Source of the DNA: Deltaproteobacteria bacterium
GTDB lineage: Bacteria; Myxococcota_A; Polyangia; Polyangiales; Houyiibacteriaceae
Length of the DNA: 64,000 nt
Direction: 5' to 3'
Assembly (NCBI GenBank): GCA_034670305.1
Contig: JAXMNT010000006.1
Span: 128,001-192,000, forward strand
Shown in pieces: positions 32,079 through 42,037 of the stretch. Below the pieces are notes generated by a model. It ran no database searches. It saw nothing but the letters and a program-made list of their open reading frames with translations, and was not told the DNA's origin. A program made the translations under genes and the position numbers. How positions within the stretch are numbered: position 1 is the stretch's first letter; every line of letters begins with the position of its first letter.

Positions 32079-33167
32079 TCAGGCGCCCATTTCGATGCCG
32101 ATGGCGCGCGCCGCAAAGACCAGCTGACCGTCGATCGGAACCAGCTTGGGCGCAGCGACCGCCTCTTCGATCGGCCGGCTGCGCACGGTGGTGCCTTCCA
32201 GCGTGACCAGGCGACCGGTGCGATCCTCTGCGCAGAGCTTCGCCGCGTGCACGCCGAACCGGGTGCCGAGCACCCGGTCGAAGGCGGACGGAGAACCGCC
32301 CCGTTGGATGTGGCCGAGCACGGTGGTCCGGATCTCGTGCGGCACCAGTCCTTCCAGCGCAGCTGCCAGTTGCACGCCGGCGCCGCCGAGCCTCGGCAGA
32401 TGGCCTTCGGATCCCTCCGCGACGGTCGAGAAGGTGCCGCCCGCCGGCATGGCGCCCTCGCCCACCACGACGATGCTGAAGTTCGACCCGAGCTCGCTGC
32501 GTCGCCGGATCTTCTTCGCCACCCGCGCGACGTCGTAGGGGATCTCTGGAATGAGGATGACGTCGGCGCCGCCGGCGATGCCGGCGCTCAGCGCAATCCA
32601 CCCGGCGTGGCGGCCCATCAGCTCGATCACCATCACTCGGTCGTGTGCCTCGGCCGTCGAGTGCAGCGCGTCGATTGCCCACGTGGCGGTGCTCACCGCG
32701 GTGTCGAGGCCGAAGGTCAAATCGGTGGCCGCCAGATCGTTGTCGATCGTCTTCGGCACGCCGACGACCTTCACGCCCATCTCGATGAACCGCATGCCCA
32801 TGGACATGGTGCCGTCACCGCCCACGAGGACCAGCACGTCGACGTCCAGATCGTGAAGCCGCGACACCACCAGCGCGCTTGCGTCTCGCGGTGCCTCGTC
32901 GTGTTGGGGCCCCTTGTACGCGAACGGATTCGCCCGGTTCGAGCACCCGAGCACGCTCCCGCCGCGCGGCAGGATCCCGCGCACGTCGTCGGTGTCGAGC
33001 CGCCGGATTCTCGGGGTGTCGTCGAGGAGGCCGGCGAAACCGTCTTCGCTTCCGAGGACCTCGAGGTCGCAGCCGGCGGCGTGTTTGACGAAGGCGCGGA
33101 CCACTGCGTTGAGGCCGGGGGCATCCCCGCCGCCGGTCAGGATGAGGGCTCGTTTGGGCTGGGTCAC
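32079..33167 (-). CDS. pfkA: 6-phosphofructokinase (PfkA family)
   Basis: TGGGDAPGLN, GGDGT, PKTIDND, MGRHAG, LGHIQRGG; GGAGG then GTG start. Confidence 0.92.
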   Translation of the reverse strand: MTQPKRALILTGGGDAPGLNAVVRAFVKHAAGCDLEVLGSEDGFAGLLDDTPRIRRLDTDDVRGILPRGGSVLGCSNRANPFAYKGPQHDEAPRDASALVVSRLHDLDVDVLVLVGGDGTMSMGMRFIEMGVKVVGVPKTIDNDLAATDLTFGLDTAVSTATWAIDALHSTAEAHDRVMVIELMGRHAGWIALSAGIAGGADVILIPEIPYDVARVAKKIRRRSELGSNFSIVVVGEGAMPAGGTFSTVAEGSEGHLPRLGGAGVQLAAALEGLVPHEIRTTVLGHIQRGGSPSAFDRVLGTRFGVHAAKLCAEDRTGRLVTLEGTTVRSRPIEEAVAAPKLVPIDGQLVFAARAIGIEMGA

Positions 33168-33195
33168 GCGGACACCTCCATGGACGGGCGGGCGG

Positions 33196-33918
33196 TCACG
33201 CCCGCGATCGAGTGGCTTCGTACAAGGCGATGGACGCCGCCACCGAGGCATTCAGCGAGGCGACCGGACCGACCTGCGGGATCCGGCAGAGCGTATCGCA
33301 GCGCTCGCGCACCAGCCGACGCAGTCCTTTGCCTTCCGAACCCACGACGATGACGCGCTTGTCGGTCTCGCCGGCCCCGTGGAGCATGGTGAGATCTTCG
33401 GAGCCCGACGCATCGAGTCCCAGGATGCGGAAGCCGCGGTGGGTGAGATCGACGAGCGCCTTTTGCAGGTTTGTGACGCGGGCGATGCGGGCATGTTCGG
33501 TCGCACCCACCGAAGCGCGCACGACCGACGCGGTGACTTGCACGGAGCGTCGCTCCGGCAGCACGATGTCTCTCACCCCGAACGCGATGGCGGTGCGGAC
33601 GATGGCGCCGAAGTTGTGCGGATCCGAGAGTTCGTCCAGCGCGACGACGATCTCTGCGTGGTGGGCGATCTCCTCGAGCCCGCGGTAGGCGTAGGGCGGT
33701 CCTTCCGCCAGCACGCCCTGGTGTTTGACGCCCTCCCGTTTCGCCAGCCGGTCGAGCTGGTCACGGTCCACGGTCTTGACGGCGATGTCGTGGGTGCGCG
33801 CTTCGTCCACGAACTCGGCGAGCTTCCGGCTCATCGACGCGTCGACGAAGAGGGTCGTGACGGTCTTGGCGCGCATCGCTTCGATGACCGCGCGGCGTCC
33901 CGCGATGATTCGGTTCAC
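33196..33918 (-). CDS. rlmB: TrmH/SpoU-family 23S rRNA 2'-O-methyltransferase
   Basis: HQGV, DPHNFGAIVR, GSEGKGLR, SLNASVA. Confidence 0.9.
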   Translation of the reverse strand: MNRIIAGRRAVIEAMRAKTVTTLFVDASMSRKLAEFVDEARTHDIAVKTVDRDQLDRLAKREGVKHQGVLAEGPPYAYRGLEEIAHHAEIVVALDELSDPHNFGAIVRTAIAFGVRDIVLPERRSVQVTASVVRASVGATEHARIARVTNLQKALVDLTHRGFRILGLDASGSEDLTMLHGAGETDKRVIVVGSEGKGLRRLVRERCDTLCRIPQVGPVASLNASVAASIALYEATRSRA

Positions 33919-34622
33919 GGGGAGTCCTGCATCGCTGTGTTCATCTCGGTCCGTATCGCACGCGCGGCGAGGATCGGGTCCTCTGCATTTCGAATGGGAC
34001 GCCCCACCACCAACATGGTCGCGCCCGCCCGGACGGCTTCGGCGGGGGTGGCCGTGCGTTTCTGGTCGCCGCGGTCCCCGCCCGCGGGGCGAACTCCTGG
34101 CACCACGAGGACGAGCTCGGAGGACAGTGCGCGGAGGGCAGCGCATTCGTGCGCCGAACAGACGAGGCCGTGGGCACCCGCGTCGAACGCCAGCTTGCCG
34201 AGCCGAAGGGCCACCGCGGCCGGGTCGCCGTCCATGCCGATCGTTTTCAGCGCTGCGGCGTCCAGAGAGGTGAGGGCGGTCACCGCGAGGAGGCGCATGC
34301 CCGATCCCTCCACCGCGCGCCGGGTGGCTTCGATCGCGGCTGGGCCGGCGCTGGCGTGGATGGTGAGGTCGCGGGCGCCGAGGGACGCGGCACGCGACGC
34401 GGCGCGGGCCATGGTGGCTGGAATGTCGTGGAGCTTCAGATCGAGGAAGCAGTCCGCCGTGGAGGCCGCGGCCCGCACCATGGAGGCGCCTTCGGCGATG
34501 AACAGCTCGAGCCCCACCTTGAACACATCGACGTGACCGTGGAGCCGTCCCATCCATTCGGTGGCCTGGGCGGCGCTGGGCACGTCCAGGGCGAACGCGA
34601 GCTCGGGGGCTGGGCCTGTCAT
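33915..34622 (-). CDS. pyrF: Orotidine-5'-phosphate decarboxylase
   Basis: ALD, KVGLE, DLKLHDIPAT, PGVR, DQKR, VGRPI. Confidence 0.96.
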   Translation of the reverse strand: MTGPAPELAFALDVPSAAQATEWMGRLHGHVDVFKVGLELFIAEGASMVRAAASTADCFLDLKLHDIPATMARAASRAASLGARDLTIHASAGPAAIEATRRAVEGSGMRLLAVTALTSLDAAALKTIGMDGDPAAVALRLGKLAFDAGAHGLVCSAHECAALRALSSELVLVVPGVRPAGGDRGDQKRTATPAEAVRAGATMLVVGRPIRNAEDPILAARAIRTEMNTAMQDSP

Positions 34623-34725
34623 GGGGTATGCGTCATCGCTCAGAAACCACTGCTTACAAACACATCGAGCGACCTCCAAAGGGAGATCGCTCGATTGTGA
34701 CTCGAATGTCGAGAAGGGCTACTGG

Positions 34726-35472
34726 CTAGAGATCCAAACCGGCCAACGGGTCGTCGGAGTCTCCGCCGCTCATCATCGTGCTGGTCATGCTGCGCGGACG
34801 CCGAACGCGCCGCATCGGGGAGGACGCGGTGTTCTCGGCTGCGGCTTCCATGGCGGAGGCGGCGGCCGCAAGTGCCTCGGCTTCTGCGCGACGGCGGGCT
34901 TCTTCTGCCTGCCTCCGGGCTTGGGCTTCCTGGGCAGCCTGCTCGCGCGCCTGCTGCGCTTCGTTGGCCTGCCGGTCCGCCGCTTCCCGTGCGAGCCGAG
35001 CGGCCTCGGCCGCCTGCTCCTGCTGCGGCGCGATCACACCGAAGTAGACACCGGCGACGGCGCCCAAGAGGACCGTGACCAATCCGACGATGACCATCGG
35101 GTTGACGCCCTTCTTCTCCTTCGCCTTGATCTCCGCCATCTGGCGGTCGTGCTCGAGCAGGCGCTGCTGCTCTTTGGCTCGGGACTGCGCTTCGGCGTCG
35201 AGGCGCACGCGGAGCGCAGCCTCTTCCTTTTCACGTTGAACCCGCAGTTCTTCCTCACGCTTCGCGCGCTCGGCTGCCGCAATCGCTTCCTGTTCGGCGC
35301 GAATCTTGGCTTCTTCGGCTTCGCGCTTTTGGCGCTCTTCCTCTTCACGTTTTTTGCGGGCGTCTTCAGCCTGCTGACGTGCGACTTCCTCTTCATCGGC
35401 GATGCGATCCTCTTCGAGGTGCATCAGCTCCTGAAGATTGAAGAGAACAGAGGATTCCTTCTGCTCGGACAT
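34726..35472 (-). CDS. Coiled-coil single-pass membrane protein
   Basis: ESSVLFNL N-terminal motif, E/K/R coiled coil, one transmembrane helix, second coiled coil, DDPLAGL tail. Confidence 0.8.
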   Translation of the reverse strand: MSEQKESSVLFNLQELMHLEEDRIADEEEVARQQAEDARKKREEEERQKREAEEAKIRAEQEAIAAAERAKREEELRVQREKEEAALRVRLDAEAQSRAKEQQRLLEHDRQMAEIKAKEKKGVNPMVIVGLVTVLLGAVAGVYFGVIAPQQEQAAEAARLAREAADRQANEAQQAREQAAQEAQARRQAEEARRRAEAEALAAAASAMEAAAENTASSPMRRVRRPRSMTSTMMSGGDSDDPLAGLDL

Positions 35473-35666
35473 CTAGGGGGTGCTCCGTTGGGGCTCGGGC
35501 CGGTGTTGGCGCTGAAAAGTAGCAGGTCTCGCGTCGAATTGTCAACGGACTGAGATGTCGCAGGCGCGCGTGATTGCTCGCCTTTTTACGCAATTCGGAC
35601 CGTCGCAACGAGTTGGACACGCACAGGGACCCGGACCTTGGGAGAGACTGCTATTCTTCGAACGCC

Positions 35667-36167
35667 GTGATTCACCCCACCTTGTCGACGCACCCAGCCG
35701 TGGGCACCGCCCTCGGAACGCTTCTCTTGCTCACCGCCAGCGCATGCGGTGGGACCGGGTTCGACAAACCCGAAGGTGCGACGTGCGCCCGGGCCATCGA
35801 GTGCGCGCCGGGCCTCGCGTGTGTGATGGGGGTCTGCTCCAGCGATCTGACCGGCATCATGGGCATGGTCCCCGAAGACGCCGGCGAGATGATGATGGAA
35901 GATGCCGGCGACCTCGTGGACGCTCCGATGGCAGACGCACCTGGCGTGGACTCGGGACCCGGCGTGGACTCGGGACCCGGCGTGGACTCGGGACCTGGCG
36001 TGGACTCGGGACCGGTCGAGATGGACGCGGGCACGGATGCGGGTCCGGTCGAGATGGACGCGGGGACCGACGCGGGGACCGACGCGGGCACCGATGCGGG
36101 GCCGGTGGAGATGGACGCGGGCACGGACGCCGGCATGGAAGACGTGGGCGTAGACACGGGGGTCTGA
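35667..36167 (+). CDS. Lipoprotein with a small Cys domain and a tandem acidic repeat tail
   Basis: ASAC lipobox; C-C-C-C module; (PGVDSG)x4 and repeated PVEMDAGTDAG; start uncertain. Confidence 0.7.
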   Translation: MIHPTLSTHPAVGTALGTLLLLTASACGGTGFDKPEGATCARAIECAPGLACVMGVCSSDLTGIMGMVPEDAGEMMMEDAGDLVDAPMADAPGVDSGPGVDSGPGVDSGPGVDSGPVEMDAGTDAGPVEMDAGTDAGTDAGTDAGPVEMDAGTDAGMEDVGVDTGV

Positions 36168-36191
36168 CTCCCCTGGAAGGCGGAGCGGCCA

Positions 36192-36296
36192 TGCCGAAGC
36201 TGAAGCCGACGCCGAAGCCGATGCCGGTGCCGAAGGCCGAAGCCGAAGCCGCGGCCGAAGCCGATGCCGATGCCGAAGGCCGAAGCCGAAGCCGAT
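36192..36296. repeat. Degenerate GCCGAN array
   Basis: Seen directly; between convergent stops. Confidence 0.85.
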
Positions 36297-36355
36297 CCCG
36301 GGCCATCCTTCAGCGCTTGCCGTCTTCTCGTGGGGGGCAGGTACTGGCGCGCGGA

Positions 36356-37381
36356 CTACTCGCGCCAGAAGAGTTTCCAGGGGTTGTGCTTCAGGTCGCG
36401 AAGCATCTCCTGGATGTCGTCGTAGATCTCTTCGTCCATGACCAGGCCGCCAACCGTGCCGCGGCCTTCGCGGATGTGGCCGACGATGCCTCGGGCGTCC
36501 GCGATGGTGGCGTTCGCGGTCTCGGCGAGCTCGGAGGCTTCGTGGATGGCGGTGCGGATCTCTTCCTGCTGCTGCGGACCGAACGCTTCGAGGGCGCCGG
36601 AGCCGTTCTCCGCCATGGAGCGCACGTCCCGGAGGATGGGATCGATGTCGCGTGCGACGGAGGCGAGCGTCGAGTCCAGGTTGCGCATGGTGCGTTGGAG
36701 CCGGGCGCCGTTGACGATGCCGTTGGCTCCGTCGAGGACTTCGTTGGTCTGCTCGGTCGCGCGCTCGACGTTCGCGAGGATGTTGTCGAGCCGGCCGTCG
36801 TTCTCTTGGAGCAACTCGTCGAGCTGCCGGATCATGTTCGCCGCCGAGGTCAGCAGGCCGGCCAGTTCCTCCCGGTTGTCCCGGACCAGGCTGGTCATGC
36901 CTTCAAGCAACTCGTAGGCGAGGGAGAGCGCGAGATCGAGTCGGGGGGGGTCGACGCCTTCCACGATCGCGCCGGCTTCGAGCGCGGGCCGTTCGGGGTC
37001 GCCCGGATCCACCGCGATGATCGATTCGCCCAGCATGCTCTGGCTGGTGACGTAGAAGAGCGCGTCTTCGTGGATCGTGTCGCGGATGTTGTCGTCGATC
37101 TCGAGCTTCATGCGGATCAGCGGCCGGCGGCCAGTCTGCGGATCGAGGCGTCCACCGCGGTACTCGATCTCCTCGACCCGGCCGACTCGGATGCCGCCCA
37201 CGTTCACGGAGGCGCCGGGTTGCACGTTGCCCGGGTTGTCGAAGTCGACGAAGAGTTCGTACTGGTCGCCGAGTTCCACCCCGCCGAGAAAGAAGATGAA
37301 CGCGCCGAGCATGCCGAGCGCGACGAGCACCAGCAGCCCCACTCGGACCTCGACGCTCAAGCCCTTCTTCTTCTCGCTCAT
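36356..37381 (-). CDS. mlaD: MlaD/MCE-family protein
   Basis: VRVGLLVL transmembrane segment, GASVNVGGIRVGRV MCE motif, helical region, GTVGGLVMDEEIY. Confidence 0.9.
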   Translation of the reverse strand: MSEKKKGLSVEVRVGLLVLVALGMLGAFIFFLGGVELGDQYELFVDFDNPGNVQPGASVNVGGIRVGRVEEIEYRGGRLDPQTGRRPLIRMKLEIDDNIRDTIHEDALFYVTSQSMLGESIIAVDPGDPERPALEAGAIVEGVDPPRLDLALSLAYELLEGMTSLVRDNREELAGLLTSAANMIRQLDELLQENDGRLDNILANVERATEQTNEVLDGANGIVNGARLQRTMRNLDSTLASVARDIDPILRDVRSMAENGSGALEAFGPQQQEEIRTAIHEASELAETANATIADARGIVGHIREGRGTVGGLVMDEEIYDDIQEMLRDLKHNPWKLFWRE

Positions 37382-37448
37382 CGCATCCACCCGGACGGGT
37401 GCGTCGAAGCGGGGAGGGCGGTCATCGGAACGTCATACGACATCGGCG

Positions 37449-38195
37449 TCAGACGTCCATCGGGCCTTCGGCCCGCCCTTGGATGAACTGCTGGACGATC
37501 GGGTCGTCCGTCGCGCGAAAGTCTTCCGGGCTGCCCAACATCCGCACCGTGCCCTTGTACAACATCGCGATTCGGTCGGCGATCGAGAAGATGGAGGTCA
37601 GATCGTGGCTCACCACGATGCTCGTGACCCCGACTTCGTCGCAGAGTTGCCGGATGAGCTGGTCGGTGCGGCGTGCGCTGACCGGGTCGAGGGAGGTGGT
37701 GGGTTCGTCGAAGAGCACGTACTCGGGGTCGAGCGTGAGGGCGCGGGCGATGGCCACCCGCTTCCGCATTCCGTCCCCGAGCTCCGCTGGGAAGCGGTCG
37801 GCGTACTTCTCCATCTGCACCACTTCGAGCCGGCTGCGCGCGTCGGCGATCGCGTCGTCCATCGACATGCCCCGGTGTTTGCGCAGGGGAAGCGCGACGT
37901 TTTGGGCACAGGTCATGGAGTCGAACAGGGTGGAACTCTGGAAGACCATCGCGCACTTCATCCGCACCGGATACAGCTCCGTCTCGCTCAGCCGCGAGAC
38001 CTCCTGGTCTCCGAGGAAGATGTCGCCGTCGTCCGGGCGGAGCAGGCCGATGAGGTGTTTGATCAGCACGCTCTTGCCCACGCCGGACGCGCCGATGATG
38101 AAGAAACACTCCCGGTCGGAGACTTCCAGCGTCACGCCGTTGAGCACGACCTTCGGGCCGAAGGCCTTCTTGATGTCGACGAATCGAATGGTCAT
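37449..38195 (-). CDS. mlaF: MlaF-type ABC ATPase
   Basis: GASGVGKS, LFDSMT, LGDGMRKRV (atypical signature), DEPT. Confidence 0.88.
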   Translation of the reverse strand: MTIRFVDIKKAFGPKVVLNGVTLEVSDRECFFIIGASGVGKSVLIKHLIGLLRPDDGDIFLGDQEVSRLSETELYPVRMKCAMVFQSSTLFDSMTCAQNVALPLRKHRGMSMDDAIADARSRLEVVQMEKYADRFPAELGDGMRKRVAIARALTLDPEYVLFDEPTTSLDPVSARRTDQLIRQLCDEVGVTSIVVSHDLTSIFSIADRIAMLYKGTVRMLGSPEDFRATDDPIVQQFIQGRAEGPMDV

Positions 38196-38229
38196 CGGGC
38201 GGCCATCGCGGTGTGGATCGTCGTCCGGC

Positions 38230-39027
38230 TCACAGGGCCGGAAAAACGAAGTACCCGAAGATGCTGATGATGAGGTTGAGCACGATGATGGCGAAGCAGC
38301 TGCCGACCACCGCTTCGGTCGTGGCCCAGCCGACGCCCTCGGAGCCGCCGAAGGTGGCGAGCCCGCGCTGCGCACTGACGAGCGCGATCGCGCCGCCATA
38401 CGTGAACGCTTTGGTCACGCCCATGATCACGTCGCCCGAGTTCACCATGGAGAGGTTCGCAAACGTGTGCGGGTTCACGTCGAACATCACGTTCGCCACC
38501 AGCATGCCGGCGCCGAACGCGATGAATCCGCCGATGATCAGGACCACCCCGCTCATGATCACCGACGCGACGAACCGCGGCACCACCAGGTAGTCGACGG
38601 GGTCCGCGGCGCACATGCGCATCGCATCCACTTGCTCGGTCACCACCATGGAGCCGATCTCCGCAGCGATGCCTGCGCCGACGCGCGTGGCGAGTGGCAG
38701 CGCTCCGACCGACGCCGCCAGATCGCGGATCAGCAGCTTGGTGAATGTGGCGCCCACCATCGACATGTCGGGCACGAGCTTCTGGCTCTGCAGGCCGGTC
38801 TGGAACGTGATGATCGCGCCGATGAACGCCATGGTCACCGCCATGAAGAACATCGACTGGTTGCCAATCGCGTACATCTGCGCCGCGATCGCGCCCTTCT
38901 CTCGCTTGCCGTGGAACAGGTAATAGATGGTTCGCACAGACAGCCGGTAGACCGCGCCCACGTCCGAGATCACCATCTTGAGCGCGGTGATCGGCGAGGT
39001 GTTTTCGGCGCGTGAAGTAAAACCCAT
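38230..39027 (-). CDS. mlaE: MlaE-type ABC permease
   Basis: RVGAGIAAEIGSMVVTEQVDA, GGSEGVGWATT. Confidence 0.9.
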   Translation of the reverse strand: MGFTSRAENTSPITALKMVISDVGAVYRLSVRTIYYLFHGKREKGAIAAQMYAIGNQSMFFMAVTMAFIGAIITFQTGLQSQKLVPDMSMVGATFTKLLIRDLAASVGALPLATRVGAGIAAEIGSMVVTEQVDAMRMCAADPVDYLVVPRFVASVIMSGVVLIIGGFIAFGAGMLVANVMFDVNPHTFANLSMVNSGDVIMGVTKAFTYGGAIALVSAQRGLATFGGSEGVGWATTEAVVGSCFAIIVLNLIISIFGYFVFPAL

Positions 39028-39031
39028 CGGA

Positions 39032-39817
39032 TCAGTCCAGGATGAACGTCGAGCAATAGTCGGCGATGAAGATGCCCGCGGCCGCCGCGACGACCGATGC
39101 GTTGACGGCGCGGCCGACGCCAGGGGCGCCGCCGCGGGTGGCGAGTCCGTAGTAGCAGGACATCAGCGCGATCATCAGACCGAACAGGAATGCTTTGATG
39201 AGGCCAACCCAGAAGTCCCAGATCTCGAGCCGCTCCATCGCGGAACTCCAGAACAGCTGCGGGCTGACGTCGAGGAGGAGGTCGGCGGTGAGCATCGCGC
39301 CGCCGAGCGCGACCGCGTCGCCGATCACACACAAACACACCATCATGCTGACCATCGCCAAGACCCGGGGCACGACGAGGTACGCCACGGGATCGATCGC
39401 CAGCGCGCGCAGTGCGTCGATCTGATCGGTCACCGCCATCGTGCCGAGCTCCGCGGTGTTGTTGGCGCCCACCCGTCCGTTGAAGATCAGACCGATCAGA
39501 AGCGGGCCGATCTCCCGGAAGGTGGTGAACGTGGCGGCCCACCCGATGAACCCGGTGGCCTGGAACTGCTCGACGAAAGGCGCGGCCTGGATGACCATGA
39601 TGCCGCCCGTGAACGCCGCCGTCGCCGAGATGATCGGCACACTGCGCACACCCATGCGGTGCAGGTTCCGGAACAGCTCGTGCCGGTCGATCTTCCGCGG
39701 GTTGAGCCGCGCGAGGATCTGACCGAGCAGCATCGCCACGCCGCCGATCTGGCTGGCGATCGAGAGCAGTCCGCTGCCGATCTTGGCCGGCAACACGAGT
39801 GCCACGGACTCGCTCAT
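39032..39817 (-). CDS. mlaE: MlaE-type ABC permease
   Basis: REIGP, GRVGANNTAELGTM, GGAPGVGRA. Confidence 0.9.
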   Translation of the reverse strand: MSESVALVLPAKIGSGLLSIASQIGGVAMLLGQILARLNPRKIDRHELFRNLHRMGVRSVPIISATAAFTGGIMVIQAAPFVEQFQATGFIGWAATFTTFREIGPLLIGLIFNGRVGANNTAELGTMAVTDQIDALRALAIDPVAYLVVPRVLAMVSMMVCLCVIGDAVALGGAMLTADLLLDVSPQLFWSSAMERLEIWDFWVGLIKAFLFGLMIALMSCYYGLATRGGAPGVGRAVNASVVAAAAGIFIADYCSTFILD

Positions 39818-39836
39818 GCGCGCGTTCCGATCTCGG

Positions 39837-40568
39837 TCACAGCGGACCTTCGGTCAGGCCATGCACGAACTGGCGGACCACCGGGATCTCAGAGCTCCGG
39901 GCTTCGTCCGCGGTACCGTCGAAGACCAAGCGCCCTTCGTGCAGCATGCCGACGCGATCGGCGATGGTGAGCACGCCGGAGACATCGCTCGAGATCACCA
40001 TCACGGTGGTGTCTCCGCTGCGCTGCTCTTCTCGGATGAGGTCGTAGATCTTCTGACTCGTGACCGGGTCGAGACCCGCGGTGGGTTCGTCGTAGAGCAC
40101 GATGGGCGGCCTGGCAATCGTGGCCCGCGCCACGCCGACCCGCTTCTTCTGTCCGCCGGACATGCTGGCGGGAATGCGCTGCTGGGTGCCGGGGAGGGCG
40201 ACCCGCTCGAGCCGTTCGGCGACCCGCTCCTGGATCTCGGCTTCCGGCAAATCGAACAAGCGCCGCAGCGGGAACGCGATGTTCTCCGCCACCGTCATGT
40301 CGAACAGCGCGTAGTTCTGAAACAGGTAGCCGATCTTCCGGCGCACGACGTTGAGCGCCAACGCGTCCAGGGCGGTGATCTCGTCTTCGTCGACGAAGAC
40401 CTTGCCCGCATCCGGTTCGACCAGCCCGGCCACGATCTTGAAGAGCACGCTCTTGCCGGCCGCGCCCGGCCCGATGAGCGCGAAGATGCAGCCGGCCGGC
40501 ACGTCGAGACTCACGTCGCGCAGCACCGGACCCTTGAACTGTTTGTGAATGCCTTCGAGCCGGATCAA
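39837..40568 (-). CDS. mlaF: MlaF-type ABC ATPase
   Basis: GPGAAGKS, SGGQKKRV, YDEPTAGLDP; the H-loop His is replaced (ISSD). Confidence 0.88.
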   Translation of the reverse strand: MIRLEGIHKQFKGPVLRDVSLDVPAGCIFALIGPGAAGKSVLFKIVAGLVEPDAGKVFVDEDEITALDALALNVVRRKIGYLFQNYALFDMTVAENIAFPLRRLFDLPEAEIQERVAERLERVALPGTQQRIPASMSGGQKKRVGVARATIARPPIVLYDEPTAGLDPVTSQKIYDLIREEQRSGDTTVMVISSDVSGVLTIADRVGMLHEGRLVFDGTADEARSSEIPVVRQFVHGLTEGPL

Positions 40569-40628
40569 CGGCCGCGAGGGTACCCGACTTTGGGGGTCCC
40601 CGCGGCCGACTCGACGACCCGGCGGTGG

Positions 40629-41867
40629 CTAGAGGCCGCGCATCTCCGTCGCTTCACGGACGCGCATCACGCCCAGGATGAACGCGGCCATGCGCAGGTT
40701 GCACTTGTGGGTGTTCTGCACCTGGAGAAGGTTCGCGAACCCCTTCTTCATCACCTTGCGCAGCTCGGTGTTGACCCGGTCCTCTTCCCAGTAGAAGTGC
40801 TGCATGTTCTGGGACCACTCGAAGTAGCTCACGGTCACGCCGCCGCAGTTGGCGTAGATGTCCGGCACCACATGAATGCCCTTGCGATCGAAGACCTCGT
40901 CCGCTTCGGGATCCGTGGGGCCGTTCGCGCCTTCGACGATGTAGCGGGCCTGGACGTCCTCGGCGTTGTCGGCCGTGAGCACGCCGCCGAGCGCGGCCGG
41001 CACCAGGATGTCGCACTTCATCGTGAGCACGCTGTTGCCATCGACCTTCTCTGCGCCCGAGAACCCTTCGAGGGTGCGGTTCTTCTCGCAGTGGGCCATC
41101 GCCGCGGCGATGTTGATGCCCTCGCGGTTCACGTAGCCGCCCGTGATGTCGCTGATCGCGATGACCTTGGCGCCGTTCGCGACGTAGTCGTGTCCGGCCC
41201 AGCTGCCGACGTTGCCGAAGCCCTGGATGACGATGGTCTTGCCCTTCAGCTCCTCGCCGTGGTGCGCCAGGATCTCTTCACTCGCGTACACGACGCCACG
41301 CCCGGTGGCCTGGGTTCGGCCTTCGGATCCCCGCAGAGAGAGCGGCTTGCCGGTCACGACCCCCGGCTGGTAGCCGTGGTACTTCGCGTACTGGTCGAAG
41401 ATCCACGCCATGACCTGGCCGTTGGTGTTCACGTCGGGCGCCGGGATGTCGGTGGTCGCTCCGATGATGTCGTGAATGCCGTCGATGAACCGGCGGGTCA
41501 GCCGCTGCAGTTCCGCCTGCGAGAGTTTGCTCGCGTCGACCTGGATGCCACCCTTGGCACCGCCGAAGGGCACACCCGCGACCGCGGTCTTCCAAGTCAT
41601 CAACGACGCCAGTGCCGTCACCTCCATCGCGTCGACGTGGTGGTGGTAGCGCAGCCCGCCCTTGAAGGGCCCGCGCGCGTCGTCGTGCTGCACCCGGAAC
41701 CCGATGAACGTCCCGATGGTCCCGTCGTCCATGCGGATGTTCAGTTCCACACGCACTTCGCGGTGCGGCGTCTTGAGCTGCTTCGTGACGTCCGGCGTGA
41801 GCTTCAGGTGCGCGGCGGCGCGGTCGACGTAGAGCTGCGTGTTCTCGAGAAACTTGGACGACGACAT
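40629..41867 (-). CDS. gdhA: Glutamate dehydrogenase (Glu/Leu/Phe/Val family)
   Basis: KGGLRY, GGAKGG, PAPDVNT, QGFGNVG, EGANGP, GGVTVSYFEW. Confidence 0.95.
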   Translation of the reverse strand: MSSSKFLENTQLYVDRAAAHLKLTPDVTKQLKTPHREVRVELNIRMDDGTIGTFIGFRVQHDDARGPFKGGLRYHHHVDAMEVTALASLMTWKTAVAGVPFGGAKGGIQVDASKLSQAELQRLTRRFIDGIHDIIGATTDIPAPDVNTNGQVMAWIFDQYAKYHGYQPGVVTGKPLSLRGSEGRTQATGRGVVYASEEILAHHGEELKGKTIVIQGFGNVGSWAGHDYVANGAKVIAISDITGGYVNREGINIAAAMAHCEKNRTLEGFSGAEKVDGNSVLTMKCDILVPAALGGVLTADNAEDVQARYIVEGANGPTDPEADEVFDRKGIHVVPDIYANCGGVTVSYFEWSQNMQHFYWEEDRVNTELRKVMKKGFANLLQVQNTHKCNLRMAAFILGVMRVREATEMRGL

Positions 41868-42037
41868 TCAAACACCCCTTGTGGCTGACGCGTTCTGGCG
41901 CGTCTGGATCCATACCCCTTGGTGAAGGCCACACCCCGCGGACTCCACTGCGCTCGTCCCCAAGCGCGGGCGGTGAGGTTCGCCCATGGGCCCGGCCGAG
42001 CGCAACAGAAGTCTGATGGGTCGCTTCGCGGGGCGCG

